From the NCBI GenBank assembly GCA_040220235.1, contig JAVJTO010000095.1: a stretch of 64,000 nt of DNA; one strand, given 5' to 3'. Numbering within the stretch: the first letter of the stretch is position 1; every line of letters begins with the position of its first letter. Origin of the DNA: Coleofasciculus sp. B1-GNL1-01 (GTDB lineage: Bacteria; Cyanobacteriota; Cyanobacteriia; Cyanobacteriales; Coleofasciculaceae). Made by a program: the position numbers and the translations under genes. Shown in pieces: positions 29,401 through 40,162 of this stretch. Below the pieces are notes generated by a model. That model was not told the origin of the DNA. It saw nothing but the letters and a program-made list of their open reading frames with translations, and did not search any database.

Positions 29401-29629
29401 AACGCGAGGGTTTATGTATGCAGGTGCGCCGCGTTTAGTGGTGAGTTTGTGGAATGTGGATGATGCAGCAACGGCGGAGTTTATGACTCGATTTTATCAG
29501 TTAATGTTGAATGAGGGGTTAAAGCCTGCCCAAGCGTTGCGGGAAACGCAGTTACAAATGCAGCAGGAAACCCAATGGAAATCCCCCTATTATTGGGCGG
29601 CGTTTACATTACAAGGTGAATGGAATTAA
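26471..29629 (+). CDS. TPR-repeat CHAT (caspase-like) protease
   Basis: Eight 40-aa TPR repeats; SERSRARTL; ADGALQYIPFAAL; catalytic HLATHG and LSACQTG; PYYWAAF. Confidence 0.93.
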   Translation: MHYQQQQPTEKRQTYFLKPTSWQWLVYSCHAVITIFSSVFIVAVEQDQVLSLPKRAGEIAPIRIAQTDKRAEAERLYEEGLQLFRQRTAESLQQAIEKWQTALPLWREVGDQSKEAFINLALGSTHDSLGFKQKALDYYNQALPLYRKLEDRALEAVTLNNIGSVYDDLGEKQQALEYYQQALPLSQAVGDRAREATTLNNIGDVYSDLGEKQRALEYFQQALPLFQAVSNREGEAATLNNIGLVYSDLGEKQQALEYYQQALLLSQAVGNREGEAITLNNIGDIYDNLGEKQQALEYYQQALSLFQAVGDRAGEAATLSNIGLVYRELGEKQQALEYYQQALLLSQAVGDRAKEATTLTNIGAVYHALGEKQQALEYYQQALPLIQAVGDRAGEATILTNIGVVYRELGEKQQALEYYQQALPLSQAVGDRAQEAATLSNIGTVYHALGEKQQALEYYQQALPLSQAVEDRALKATTLSNIAYAERSRGNFQQALIQMQASIEIIEDLRTKVASPELRQTYFATVQHYYQFYIDLLMQLHQQNPNQGYDKLAFHISERSRARTLLELLTEANANIREGVDPDLLQQEQTLNAKLDATEKQRIEIYSNPASTPAQKTAIEQQRQQLLEDYQQLQDQIRATSPKYAALKYPQPLTLEQVQQQILDEDTLLLQYSLGRDNSYLWAVTKDSFTSYQLPPRDEIETLARRFYRLLQIPGYEIGNPRGIAKVVPRDNLNSVAQLSELLFGQVAEQLTKKRIVVVADGALQYIPFAALATPETADTDTPIPLINQYELVNLPSSSTLGIIRDQINGRQEAPQQLAILADPVFTDNDNRLKNVPSREMKVNLNQASLNRSIRVSEINLNRLPGTRTEAEAILNLVSPETQTNAFDFEANRDFINNPQLRNYQIIHLATHGILNSEAPELSGVVLSLVDKQGNPKSGFLRLHDIFNLNLPAELVVLSACQTGLGEEIRGEGLVGLTRGFMYAGAPRLVVSLWNVDDAATAEFMTRFYQLMLNEGLKPAQALRETQLQMQQETQWKSPYYWAAFTLQGEWN
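26921..27880 (+). repeat. 8 x 120-bp near-identical intragenic tandem repeat
   Basis: aatattggt...ttaggagaaaaacaacaggcattagagtactaccaacaggcttta recurs every 120 nt. Confidence 0.97.
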
Positions 29630-29659
29630 GTTTCAAAACCGTCATGGCATGATACCGGA

Positions 29660-29860
29660 AACCGTAGGGGCGCACCGACGTGCGCCCGATTCAATGGTCA
29701 AATCTAATCCACAATGTTAGCTGTGCCACGCCGCCATCGTGCGTTAGCGCAGCTTAACGCACCGAAATATTGCCATACCGAACCGCAACATGGTGCGTTA
29801 CGGCGCTTATGTATTGAGATAATCAAAGTTAATCCTCCAATGCGCCTAACGCACCCTACG
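29660..29860. repeat. REP cluster (GTAGGGGCGCA.. and TAACGCACC..GGTGCGTTA..TAACGCACCCTAC types)
   Basis: Similar units at 20531-20565, 32481-32505 and 37598-37690. Confidence 0.7.
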
Positions 29861-30125
29861 AATACTACCAACGAACGGGCGTTACGGCGATCGCACTCCT
29901 TAAGCAACCTGAATTTAGCATCATTTCGATGCAATCTGAACAACTGAACCCTCCCATCCAGCCGAAAAAGATGTCAAAATTCCTCTAAAGTGAGACGCTT
30001 GTTGGTCAATGCCTCTCTAAGATAGGGAGTAAAGTGGAAAAGACTACCATGCCAGGATTGGTATCAGGGCTTCTTGACGATGTACCCTCGCTTACCAACA
30101 GCGTGACCGATAAGGAGGAAAGAAT

Positions 30126-31190
30126 ATGGCAGATGTCGAGCGGTCTCTAGTGGAAGAGCATTCTCTGGATCGGGATTGTACCACGCTATCCCGTCACGTT
30201 CTGCAACAACTGAAGAGTTTTAGTGCTGACGCCCAAGATCTCAGTGCCTTAATGAATCGTATAGCCTTAGCCGCCAAAATTATTTCCCGACGGTTGAGTC
30301 GCGCTGATTTGGTCGAAGGTGCGTTGGGATTTACCGGGAATGTGAATGTGCAGGGCGAATCCGTCAAAAAGATGGATGCTTATGCTAATGATGTATTTAT
30401 CTCGGTGTTTAAACAAAGTGGACTCGTTTGCCGCTTGGCATCCGAGGAAATGGAAAAACCCTACTACATTCCCGAAAACTGCCCGATTGGTCGGTATTCC
30501 CTGATCTATGATCCGATTGACGGCTCCTCGAATGTTGATATTAACTTGAATATCGGCTCAATTTTTGCAATTCGTCGGCAACAAGGCGAAGATATGGACG
30601 GCGAAGCCACGGATCTGTTGCAGGATGGACACCAACAAATCGCGGCTGGATACGTGATCTATGGACCGAGTACAATGCTGGTTTACTCCATTGGCACGGG
30701 GGTTCATGCGTTTACCCTTGATCCCAGCTTGGGTGAGTTTATTCTGTCCCAGGAAAACATGCAAGTGCCGGAGCATGGACCGGTTTATAGTGTCAATGAA
30801 GGGAACTTCTGGCAATGGGATGAATCGATTCGCGACTATATTCGCTACGTCCATCGCCATGAAGGGTATACGGCTCGCTATAGTGGAGCTTTAGTGGGAG
30901 ACTTCCATCGCATCTTGTGTCAAGGGGGCGTATTCATTTATCCCGGTACCGTGAAAAAACCGGAAGGGAAGCTGCGTCTACTCTATGAAACCGCACCCTT
31001 AGCCTTTTTAATAGAACAAGCTGGGGGTCGAGCCAGTACCGGTACCGAAAACCTGATGGATGTGGTGCCAGAAAAACTCCATACGCGCACACCATTGGTT
31101 ATCGGGAGTAAAGAGGATGTGGCGTTAGTGGAGTCCTTTATTCAAGAACGAGCGCGAGAATCCAAAGAAGCGATCGCGTCTCGTTCTTAG
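30126..31190 (+). CDS. fbp: Class I fructose-1,6-bisphosphatase
   Basis: [34 protein letters not shown] and GKLRLLYE; strong SD. Confidence 0.97.
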   Translation: MADVERSLVEEHSLDRDCTTLSRHVLQQLKSFSADAQDLSALMNRIALAAKIISRRLSRADLVEGALGFTGNVNVQGESVKKMDAYANDVFISVFKQSGLVCRLASEEMEKPYYIPENCPIGRYSLIYDPIDGSSNVDINLNIGSIFAIRRQQGEDMDGEATDLLQDGHQQIAAGYVIYGPSTMLVYSIGTGVHAFTLDPSLGEFILSQENMQVPEHGPVYSVNEGNFWQWDESIRDYIRYVHRHEGYTARYSGALVGDFHRILCQGGVFIYPGTVKKPEGKLRLLYETAPLAFLIEQAGGRASTGTENLMDVVPEKLHTRTPLVIGSKEDVALVESFIQERARESKEAIASRS

Positions 31191-31292
31191 CCTAGTATCA
31201 ATCGTAACGAATGATTCAGGGTTCCTTTACCCAGGGACATGCCCTTGAATCCAGACGAATAGTAATCTATACCCTAACTTAGGAGTTTAAGC

Positions 31293-32450
31293 ATGACAGC
31301 AACAGCCAATAATCCTATCTTCCAAATCGAAAACAATTACGGTCAGAGTATCTGGATGGATAATCTTAGCCGTACTATTATCGAATCCGGTGAACTTAAG
31401 CAGTTAATTGAAAGTCGCGGCGTTCACGGGATTACCTCCAACCCAGCGATTTTTGAAAAAGCGATCGCTGGGAATGCCATTTACGACGCCGATATCGAAG
31501 CTGGGATTAAGGCAAAAAAATCGGTGCAGGAGATTTATGAATCCCTAATCTTTGACGATATTCGCAATGCTTGTGATATTCTCAAGCCGATTTATGACCA
31601 AACGGATGGACTTGATGGTTACGTCAGTATCGAAGTTCCTCCTACCATCGCCAAAGATACCGAAAGCACGATTAATGAAGCCCGTCGGTATTACCAAGAG
31701 ATTGGTCGGGAAAATGTAATGATTAAAATTCCCGGCACTTCTGAAGGCTTACCTGCGTTTGAACAAGTGATTAGTGAAGGGATTAACGTCAATGTTACCT
31801 TACTCTTCTCGGTACAAAGTTACGTGGACACCATTTGGGCGTATATCCGAGGCTTAGAAAAACGGGCAGAAAAAGGAGAAGACATTAGCAAGATAGCCTC
31901 GGTTGCCAGTTTCTTCCTCAGCCGGATTGACAGTAAGATTGACGATCGCATTGACGAAAAACTCCATGCTGGGGTTGACCGGATCGAGAAAGATGCAAAG
32001 CTGGAAGATGTTAAAGGCAAAGTCGCGATCGCCAATGCCAAAATCGCTTATCAGAAGTTCAAAGAGATTATCCAAAGCGATCGCTGGAAAGCCTTATCTG
32101 CTAAAGGTGCAAATGTACAACGCCTTCTGTGGGCAAGTACCAGCACCAAAAATCCCGACTACAGCGATGTCATGTACGTGGATGAGTTGATCGGTCCAAA
32201 CACTGTCAACACCCTACCACCGAATACTATCGAAGCCTGTGCCGATCACTGTTCTCCGGACAATCGAATTGAAACCGGGGTTCAAGAAGCCTATCAGTTA
32301 ATGGAAAACCTCAAAGATCCCGATATCGCGATCGATCTGGATCAAGTGATGGATGAACTACTTGAGGAAGGCATTGACAAATTTGTCAAGCCCTTTGAGT
32401 CCTTAATGTCCTCCCTGGATAGCAAAGTCAAAGACTTGGCAACGGTATAG
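31293..32450 (+). CDS. tal: Transaldolase
   Basis: GQSIWMDNLSR, GITSNPAIF, MIKIP, NVTLLFS, ASFFLSRID and RLLWAST. Confidence 0.97.
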   Translation: MTATANNPIFQIENNYGQSIWMDNLSRTIIESGELKQLIESRGVHGITSNPAIFEKAIAGNAIYDADIEAGIKAKKSVQEIYESLIFDDIRNACDILKPIYDQTDGLDGYVSIEVPPTIAKDTESTINEARRYYQEIGRENVMIKIPGTSEGLPAFEQVISEGINVNVTLLFSVQSYVDTIWAYIRGLEKRAEKGEDISKIASVASFFLSRIDSKIDDRIDEKLHAGVDRIEKDAKLEDVKGKVAIANAKIAYQKFKEIIQSDRWKALSAKGANVQRLLWASTSTKNPDYSDVMYVDELIGPNTVNTLPPNTIEACADHCSPDNRIETGVQEAYQLMENLKDPDIAIDLDQVMDELLEEGIDKFVKPFESLMSSLDSKVKDLATV

Positions 32451-32699
32451 CGATACCTTAAGGCGTGAGGTATACCCTACTGTAGGGGCGCAAGCCTTGC
32501 GCCCTCACCGGGGTAGCGTGTGAAACGGGAAATTGCCGATGAGCCGTGTAAACAAATAACCCATGGTATAAACTTGGTCGGGGCGGGTTGAGTCACATCC
32601 GGGTGAGGTCTAGAAACGAGATATAGTAAAACCTGCCCCTACACACTCAAAACCCAAGACGCGCCATGGCGCGTCTCTACACTCAACTCAAAACTCGAA

Positions 32700-34229
32700 A
32701 TGGTGACATTTACAGAAAATCCCCTGCGCGTTGGTTTACAACAGGAACGGAGTCCAGAACCGCTGATCTTAGTGATTTTTGGTGCATCTGGAGACCTGAC
32801 CCAACGTAAGCTAGTTCCCTCCCTGTATCAGCTTAAACGCCAACGACGGCTTCCCGCAGAAATAACGATTGTTGGGGTAGCTCGTCGCGAATGGAGTCAT
32901 GACTATTTTCGCGAACAGATGCGGGAAGGGATTGAGGAGTTTTCTGACGGAATTCACTCCGAAGACTTATGGAATGATTTTGCCGAAGGGCTATTCTATT
33001 GTCCCGGCAATATCGATAAACCAGAAAGCTATCAGAAATTGAAAGCATTTTTGGCAGAACTGGATGGTAAACGAGGAACCCGGGGAAATCGAGTATTTTA
33101 CCTCGCCGTAGCACCCAAGTTTTTCCCTGAAGCTATCCGCCAACTGGGAACAGCCGGAATGCTGGATGATCCGATGAAGCATCGCCTGGTGATTGAAAAA
33201 CCCTTTGGTCGAGATTTGAGTTCAGCGCAAATTCTCAACCGCGTCGTGCAGCAAGTGTGTCGTGAGGAACAGGTTTATCGCATTGATCACTACTTGGGCA
33301 AAGAAACCGTTCAGAACCTGCTAGTCTTCCGCTTTGCTAACGCCATCTTTGAACCCCTGTGGAATCGCCAGTTTGTGGATCACGTTCAGATTACCGTAGC
33401 CGAAACCGTGGGCGTCGAAGATCGAGCAGGTTACTATGAAACATCGGGTGCGCTGCGGGATATGGTGCAGAACCATTTGATGCAACTCTTTTGCTTAACC
33501 GCAATGGAGCCACCCAATTCCCTCGATGCAGATAGTATCCGGACTGAAAAAGTAAAAGTAGTTCAGGCAACACATTTAGCCGATATTAATAATTTAGAAT
33601 GTTCAGCGGTTCGCGGTCAGTACAAGGCAGGCTGGATGAAAGGAGAGCCAGTACCAGGCTATCGAGAAGAAGAAGGCATTGATCCCAAGTCGATCACACC
33701 TACTTACGTGGCGATGAAACTCATGATCGATAACTGGCGTTGGCAAGGTGTTCCCTTCTACCTGCGAACTGGGAAGCGGTTACCGAAGAAAATCAGTGAG
33801 ATTGCGATTCAGTTTCGCGATGTCCCCTTACTGATTTTCCAATCCGCCGCCCAACAAACTACTCCCAACGTGCTAACCATGCGAATTCAACCCAATGAAG
33901 GCATTTCCCTACGATTTGAGGCGAAAATGCCGGGTCCCCAGCTTCGTACTCGCACCGTGGATATGGATTTTAGCTATGGCTCATCCTTTGGTATGGCAAC
34001 ATCTGATGCCTACAATCGATTATTACTCGATTGTATGTTGGGAGATCAAACGCTATTTACCCGCGCAGATGAAGTGGAAGAAGCATGGCGGGTGATCACC
34101 CCAGCCTTATCCGCTTGGGAAGCGCCCACTGACCCCGACACGATTCCCCAATACGAAGCCGGAACATGGGAACCCACAGAGGCGGAAAACCTGATTAATC
34201 GGGATGGACGACGCTGGCGTAGACCCTAG
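32700..34229 (+). CDS. zwf: Glucose-6-phosphate 1-dehydrogenase
   Basis: [21 protein letters not shown] and RDMVQNH. Confidence 0.98.
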   Translation: MVTFTENPLRVGLQQERSPEPLILVIFGASGDLTQRKLVPSLYQLKRQRRLPAEITIVGVARREWSHDYFREQMREGIEEFSDGIHSEDLWNDFAEGLFYCPGNIDKPESYQKLKAFLAELDGKRGTRGNRVFYLAVAPKFFPEAIRQLGTAGMLDDPMKHRLVIEKPFGRDLSSAQILNRVVQQVCREEQVYRIDHYLGKETVQNLLVFRFANAIFEPLWNRQFVDHVQITVAETVGVEDRAGYYETSGALRDMVQNHLMQLFCLTAMEPPNSLDADSIRTEKVKVVQATHLADINNLECSAVRGQYKAGWMKGEPVPGYREEEGIDPKSITPTYVAMKLMIDNWRWQGVPFYLRTGKRLPKKISEIAIQFRDVPLLIFQSAAQQTTPNVLTMRIQPNEGISLRFEAKMPGPQLRTRTVDMDFSYGSSFGMATSDAYNRLLLDCMLGDQTLFTRADEVEEAWRVITPALSAWEAPTDPDTIPQYEAGTWEPTEAENLINRDGRRWRRP

Positions 34230-34237
34230 TTTTGGAG

Positions 34238-34325
34238 AGCAGAGGGAGCAGGGGGAGTAGGGGGAGGAGGGGGAGCAAGGGAAGCAGGGGAAGCAAGGGA
34301 AGCAGGGGAAGCAGGGGGAGTAGGG
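34238..34325. repeat. G-rich short tandem repeat (GAAGCAGGG-like)
   Basis: agcagggggagtagggggagg...gaagcagggg units after zwf; similar run at 36030-36060. Confidence 0.8.
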
Positions 34326-34372
34326 GCGGTTTTTACCAAGGTTTTCACTCGGATGTCACTCAATAATCAGTG

Positions 34373-34477
34373 TATAGCAGTTCGCTCTGGTGTATTTACA
34401 ACTCCCTTACCTGAAGCTGAGTCCAGATGAGATGTTCGTACAAACAAAGTGTAACTAGACCAGCGCGAAGCGCTATA
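34373..34477. mobile_element. 105-bp MITE with TATAGC ends (IS630-like)
   Basis: TATAGCAGTTCGCTCTGGTGTATTTACA versus reverse-complemented right end TATAGCGCTTCGCGCTGGTCTAGTTACA (23/28 identical). Confidence 0.7.
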
Positions 34478-34601
34478 ACTAACCTCTCACTTCCTTACCC
34501 CACTCTCTCCAATCAATCCGTGAAATCAGTGTTTTGACGAGTGACGAATGACGAATGACGAATGACGAATAACCAAAAACAAATAACGAAGGATAATAAC
34601 G

Positions 34602-35969
34602 ATGGTACAATCTCCTCCAATCCTATCTCTACAATCACCTAAAGACGTTTCCTTAAGTGAAATTGAGGAAGAACTGCGTCATATCTGGCAAAACTACAGT
34701 ACGGCAGATGACAACACGGATATTCCTAATGCTGTACGGGCAACTACTTTTACGTTGGTGGTTTACGAACCTGAAGAAACTCAACTGCTTTTAAGTGCAT
34801 TGGGATATTATTCGGGTCCCATTGACGGAATTATTGGACCGCGCATGTTTGCGGCGATCAAAGCTGCCCAGAAAACTTATGGATTGCCGAGAACAGGTAA
34901 GGCAGACGACAAAACTAAGGAAAAACTGCGCGAAGAGTATAATGAACGGCATCAGCAAGAGGTGAATGGGAATGGGGAAACCAGACGGCAACCCTATTCG
35001 GCTGATATAGAAGGTTCGGGAATTGCTGATGCGATCGCGGCGGCGAATCCTTGTCGAATTATCGCCCTGTGTCCGATTGTCGGTGAAGATGAAGGGGTAA
35101 CGGCACAAGTTTCTGCCTCTTGTCCGATGCAAAAGCACAGTCAAAGTACCCTGGTTTGCTGTGAATACATTACCTTGAGTGGTACACCAGCAGCTTTAGA
35201 GCGCATCGGAGGTCTGATCTGTGAACTGATGATTAGTGATCTACCCCGATTTATCTGGTGGAAAGGAAGCCCTGATCCAGATTATGGGTTGTTCAAACGA
35301 CTGGCTGGAATTAGCAATAACGTGATTGTGGATTCTAGTGCCTTCCAAACACCCGAAGAGGGGTTGGCGCGACTAGAGGAGTTCATCACCCAGGACATCC
35401 CCATGGCTGATCTCAACTGGCAACGGTTAGCCTCATGGCAAGAATTGGCGGCTGAGGCATTTGATCCGCCAGAACGCCGCTCTGCGCTCAAAGAGGTTGA
35501 CCAAGTTACCATCGATTATGAACAAGGTAATCCTACTCAAGCGTTAATGTTTCTGGGGTGGTTAGCCTCTCGCCTTCAGTGGCGTCCGGTTTCCTACGAG
35601 AAAGAGGGTGGAGAATATGATATCCGACGGGTTAAATTTACGACTCCTGAACATCGCCCAGTCGAAGCTGAATTAGCTGGGATTCCTACGGCTGATGTGG
35701 GAGAAGTGCCGGGAGATTTGATTAGCCTGCGCTTGGGTTCAACAAACATGGATGCAGACTGCTGCACTGTGTTGTGTTCCCAAACCACGGGTTGTATGCG
35801 GATGGAGGCACATGGCGGAGCGCAAGCGTGCCGGATTCAGCAGGTTACGCCGATGTTTGACCAAAAAACGGAGCAGTTGTTGAGTCAGCAGTTGCAGCGT
35901 TGGAGTCGCGATTTGCTCTATGAAGAAAGTCTGGCGGTGACTGGGCAGATCATGAAAGCCAAGAGTTAG
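34602..35969 (+). CDS. opcA: Glucose-6-phosphate dehydrogenase assembly/activator protein OpcA
   Basis: Follows zwf; LSLQSPKDVSL, RATTFTLVVYEPE, CCEYITL and DLNWQRL. Confidence 0.95.
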   Translation: MVQSPPILSLQSPKDVSLSEIEEELRHIWQNYSTADDNTDIPNAVRATTFTLVVYEPEETQLLLSALGYYSGPIDGIIGPRMFAAIKAAQKTYGLPRTGKADDKTKEKLREEYNERHQQEVNGNGETRRQPYSADIEGSGIADAIAAANPCRIIALCPIVGEDEGVTAQVSASCPMQKHSQSTLVCCEYITLSGTPAALERIGGLICELMISDLPRFIWWKGSPDPDYGLFKRLAGISNNVIVDSSAFQTPEEGLARLEEFITQDIPMADLNWQRLASWQELAAEAFDPPERRSALKEVDQVTIDYEQGNPTQALMFLGWLASRLQWRPVSYEKEGGEYDIRRVKFTTPEHRPVEAELAGIPTADVGEVPGDLISLRLGSTNMDADCCTVLCSQTTGCMRMEAHGGAQACRIQQVTPMFDQKTEQLLSQQLQRWSRDLLYEESLAVTGQIMKAKS

Positions 35970-36133
35970 GGATTCGGTGATGGGGGAGTTATCAGTGAAC
36001 AGTTATCAGTGAGCAGTTATCAGTTATCAGGAGTAGGGGGAGATGGGGAAGATGGGGAAGAATTTACAAATGACAAATGACAAATGACGAATGACGAACT
36101 TCACCGTTCACGGTTAATGGTGTCCACCTACTT

Positions 36134-37501
36134 ATGGCTTTAATTATTGCTGGTGAACGGAGTGGGGTAGGCAAAACAACGGTGACACTTGCCCTACTTT
36201 CGTGTTTATCGCGGCGGTATAGCCGAGTGCAATCGTTTAAAGTGGGTCCAGATTACATTGACCCGATGTTTCATCAACGGGTAACGGGACGTCCCTGTCG
36301 CAATTTAGATCCGGTGTTAACGTCGGAAACTTATGTTCAAGCCTGTTTTAAGCGTCATCTGAATGGGGTAGACTATGCTCTGATTGAAGGGGTGATGGGG
36401 TTGTTTGATGGGGCATCAGGACGCGATGATGTTGCCAGTACAGCGCATATTGCCCGACTGTTAAATGTTCCGGTGCTGTTGGTTTTAGATTGTAGTCGCT
36501 TATCCCGTTCCGTCGCCGCGATCGCACAGGGGTATCGTTGCTTTGATCAGAGCATCCAAGTGGCTGGGGTGGTGTTGAATCGAGTGGGGAGCGATCGCCA
36601 TTTAGAATTGCTTCAAGATGCCCTAGAACCCCTACAATTACCTATACTCGGTGTACTCCGGCGTCAGGATAGTTTAACCATTCCCGATCGCCATCTGGGA
36701 TTAGTTCCCACCGATGAACTGACATTTCTGGATCAGCTAATTGATCAACTGGCTGATATTGGCGAAACCTGCTTTAACTGGGAGCGTTTGTTGCCTTTGT
36801 TGAGGGCAGAAATTCACGATTTAACCGTCACCAATCAACCGTTAAATACCTCTGTAACTCAATCCGTTACCCGAATTGCCATCGCTCGCGATCGCGCCTT
36901 TAGTTTCTACTATCAAGATAATCTGGATGTATTGCAACAGTTGGGAGCGGAATTAGTTCCCTGGAGTCCCCTAGCGGATACCACGTTACCAGAAGGCGTG
37001 CAGGGACTTTTTTTTGGTGGGGGATTCCCCGAAGTGTTTGCTCAGGAATTGGCACATAATATCGAGGCGCGTCAGGCGGTATTGAATGCCATTGTTCAGG
37101 GAATGCCTACCTATGCTGAATGTGGTGGGTTAATGTATTTATGTCAACAGGTGACAGATTTTGAGGAAAAATGTTGGTCGATGGTAGGGATATTGCCCAC
37201 AAAGGCGGTAATGGGCAAACGTTTAACCCTGGGATATCGTCAAGCAACGGCATTACAACATACGCCATTGGTATTAGTGGGTGAAAGGGTTTGGGGACAT
37301 GAATTTCATCGTTCCCAGTTAACAGCAAGTCCTGAACATCCTTTGTTTGAAACAAGAGGTTTTGATCCGAAGGGAAAAGTTGGAATTGAGGGGTGGCGAA
37401 TGCATCAATTACATGCGTCCTATATTCATCTGCATTGGGGTGGAACAGCAGATATTCCTCAGCGTTTTTTGAAATGTTGTCAACAATTTAATCCAAATTA
37501 A
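36134..37501 (+). CDS. cobB: Cobyrinate a,c-diamide synthase
   Basis: SGVGKTT, FKVGPDYIDP, IEGVMGLFDG, YAECGGLMYL and GHEFH. Confidence 0.95.
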   Translation: MALIIAGERSGVGKTTVTLALLSCLSRRYSRVQSFKVGPDYIDPMFHQRVTGRPCRNLDPVLTSETYVQACFKRHLNGVDYALIEGVMGLFDGASGRDDVASTAHIARLLNVPVLLVLDCSRLSRSVAAIAQGYRCFDQSIQVAGVVLNRVGSDRHLELLQDALEPLQLPILGVLRRQDSLTIPDRHLGLVPTDELTFLDQLIDQLADIGETCFNWERLLPLLRAEIHDLTVTNQPLNTSVTQSVTRIAIARDRAFSFYYQDNLDVLQQLGAELVPWSPLADTTLPEGVQGLFFGGGFPEVFAQELAHNIEARQAVLNAIVQGMPTYAECGGLMYLCQQVTDFEEKCWSMVGILPTKAVMGKRLTLGYRQATALQHTPLVLVGERVWGHEFHRSQLTASPEHPLFETRGFDPKGKVGIEGWRMHQLHASYIHLHWGGTADIPQRFLKCCQQFNPN

Positions 37502-37712
37502 GTAGGTGGGGACAATTAAAGATCGTCATTCGTCATTTGTCATTTGTCATTCGTCATACTCGCTTCGCCAGAAGCAAGCTACGTCCTTTGTTAAAAGTAA
37601 CGCACCATATACCTGAGAACGGTGCGTTACGGCGCAAAAGCGCAAATTATTCGTGATGTTAATCCAAGTAAGCGCCTAACGCACCCTACGACTGATTCGG
37701 TGTAGGAGGATG

Positions 37713-39398
37713 TCACCGATTATAGGAAACCGTTGCTACCGATGGTTCCTTAATTTGAGGAACTACGACGTTCTGAGCATAAATCTGGGGCTTATCTTGG
37801 GCGACTTGGAAATACGCTTCCCGTAGCTGCGTGTTAACCGCTACTGTCTTGGCATCATAAAGCTGGGTGGCGAGTTTGGGATAGAATCCAATCCCTAGAA
37901 TCAGCACTAAAAAGCAAGCCGCAATAAACACTTCCCGTGGTTGAGCATCGGTGTAAACGGCATTAGCGGGTAACACACAATCCGTGCCAAAACAAACCGC
38001 GCCTTCTTCATCCTTATTCTCGAAGTTAGCATTATCAAGTTCACAGGCTGGTGCAACGCCTGCTCCGTAAAATACTTGTCTGAGTAGAGAGAGAAGATAG
38101 ATGGGTGTGAGAATCAGTCCCAATGCTGAGAGAAAGACTGTTACTGTGCGGAAGGTTGAACTATAAATATCGCTAGTTGTTACGCCAACAAAGACAGAGA
38201 GTTCACTGGCAAACCCACTCATCCCCGGAAGGGCGACTGATGCCATCGCAGCAGCAGTAAACAGGGCGAATACTTTGGGCATAACCTGACCAATACCCCC
38301 CATATTATTTAAGGCTAAGGTGTGGGTGCGATCATAAGTAACTCCAGCCAGGAAGAATAGCACGGCGGCAATTAAACCGTGGGAAATCATTTGCAGCATT
38401 GCGCCACTGATGCCTAAATCCGTGAATGAGGCTATCCCTAATAGGACAAACCCCATGTGAGAGACTGAGGAAAAGGCAAGACGACGCTTCATATTCGGCT
38501 GGGCAAAGGAGTTGAGTCCGCCATAGATAATGTTGATCACCCCTAGCATCGCCAGAATTGGGGCAAAGTAAACGTGAGCATCGGAGAGTATCTCTAGATT
38601 CAGGCGAATTAATCCATATCCGCCCATTTTCAGGAGTACCCCGGCTAAAATCATCGAGACAGGCGCAGAGGCTTCACCATGAGCATCAGGAAGCCAGGTG
38701 TGTAAGGGGAAAACCGCTAATTTAACCCCAAAGGCAATTAATAATCCGGCATACAGCAACAGTTCTAACGCCAAGGGGTAATCCTTGATGCCGAGTTCCA
38801 CCATATCGAAGCTAATTGTACCTTCGCCATAGAGTGCCATGGCTAACCCAGCTACCAAAATAAATATAGAGGCGGCGGCAGTATAGAGTAAGAATTTGGT
38901 CGCGGCGTATTGACGCTTCTGTCCTCCCCAAATCGAGACGAGGAGATAAACGGGAACCAGTTCCAGTTCCCACATAATAAATAGGAGCAGAATGTCTTGG
39001 GCGATGAAGACGCCAATTTGTGCCGAATACAGCACCAGCATCAGAAAGTAGAAGAGGCGAGGCTTGTGGTCAACTTGCCAAGCGGCGAAAATGGAGAGCG
39101 TTGTCACTAATCCAGCTAGAAGTACCAGGGGAAGTGACAGTCCATCCACAGACACTGCCCAACTGAGACCTAATTGAGGTATCCAGGTATACTTTTCGGT
39201 GAGTTGGAATGTGGCGCTGCTGGAATCGTAATTCTGCCAAAAGGCGTAAACCATCAACAGAAAATCCGCGATCGCGACACCTAGGGCGTACCATCGCACT
39301 GTCTTACCCTTCTTATCTGGCAGGAAGGGAATGGCAAGAGAGGCGACGAGTGGTAATAGGACGATCGCACTCAGCCAGGGAAATGAATCGGCTATCAT
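37713..39398 (-). CDS. ndhD: NAD(P)H-quinone oxidoreductase subunit 4 (NdhD, probably D2-type)
   Basis: [39 protein letters not shown]; many TM segments. Confidence 0.93.
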   Translation of the reverse strand: MIADSFPWLSAIVLLPLVASLAIPFLPDKKGKTVRWYALGVAIADFLLMVYAFWQNYDSSSATFQLTEKYTWIPQLGLSWAVSVDGLSLPLVLLAGLVTTLSIFAAWQVDHKPRLFYFLMLVLYSAQIGVFIAQDILLLFIMWELELVPVYLLVSIWGGQKRQYAATKFLLYTAAASIFILVAGLAMALYGEGTISFDMVELGIKDYPLALELLLYAGLLIAFGVKLAVFPLHTWLPDAHGEASAPVSMILAGVLLKMGGYGLIRLNLEILSDAHVYFAPILAMLGVINIIYGGLNSFAQPNMKRRLAFSSVSHMGFVLLGIASFTDLGISGAMLQMISHGLIAAVLFFLAGVTYDRTHTLALNNMGGIGQVMPKVFALFTAAAMASVALPGMSGFASELSVFVGVTTSDIYSSTFRTVTVFLSALGLILTPIYLLSLLRQVFYGAGVAPACELDNANFENKDEEGAVCFGTDCVLPANAVYTDAQPREVFIAACFLVLILGIGFYPKLATQLYDAKTVAVNTQLREAYFQVAQDKPQIYAQNVVVPQIKEPSVATVSYNR

Positions 39399-39574
39399 AA
39401 ACGATGAGAAAAAATACTTAGTTAACAGATGATGTTATTTTACTAAGCTTTGTAACATTTTTCTCATAAATATTTATCTTGGATCACTATAGGGTATCCC
39501 CGTAGAGGATGTAGACCACCGTTTTCATAGTTTTGGGGCGGGGAGAGAAAGAATCTACATTGGGTAATCACAGC

Positions 39575-40162
39575 ATGTCCCACAACCACCATCACCATCA
39601 CCATCACGACCACCACGCCTTCAACTACAATCGCGCTTTTGCCATTGGTCTGATTCTCAATGGCGGGTTCGTCGTGGTTGAAGCGGCTTCGGGTATTGTC
39701 TACAATTCCCTAGCATTACTGGCGGATGCGGGTCACAATCTCAGTGATGTCTTGGGCTTGGTTCTGGCTTGGGGAGCGAGTATGTTGTCCCAACATTCTC
39801 CAACGAAGCGCTATACCTACGGCTTCCGTCGTTCCTCGATTTTGGCAGCTCTTTTAAATGCTACCCTGGTTCTCATGGCTATGGGTGTGGTGGCGTGGGA
39901 AGCGGTGAGAAAGTTCGTTAATCCTCAATCTGTACCCGGTGGTGTTGTGATTGGGGTTGCCTTGGTTGGGGTGGTGATTAATACCATTACCGCACTTTTG
40001 TTCATGTCAGGTCGTAAAGAGGATATGAACATTCGCGGTGCATTTCTGCACATGGCGGCGGATGCGCTGGTTTCTGTGGGGGTAGTGCTGGCGGGTATTG
40101 CGATCGCGGTGACAGGGTGGCTATGGTTTGACCCGGCTGTCAGTTTAATTAGGGTCTGCTGA
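39575..40162 (+). pseudogene. Cation diffusion facilitator (CzcD/ZitB-like), 3'-truncated by the IS
   Basis: His-rich N-terminus; LLADAGHNLSD; NIRGAFLHMAAD; stops in TM6 (DPAVSLI) exactly at the IS end and lacks the C-terminal domain. Confidence 0.88.

Noticed and set aside
29704..29947. Overlapping 77- and 79-aa ORFs
   Set aside because: Both are read through REP palindromes and show no protein-like motif.
34780..34910. Peptidoglycan-binding-like insert in OpcA as a novelty
   Set aside because: It is a known feature of cyanobacterial OpcA.
36068..37590. Composite transposon carrying cobB
   Set aside because: The outer ends of both MITE fragments abut cobB, so they belong to separate elements facing away from the gene.
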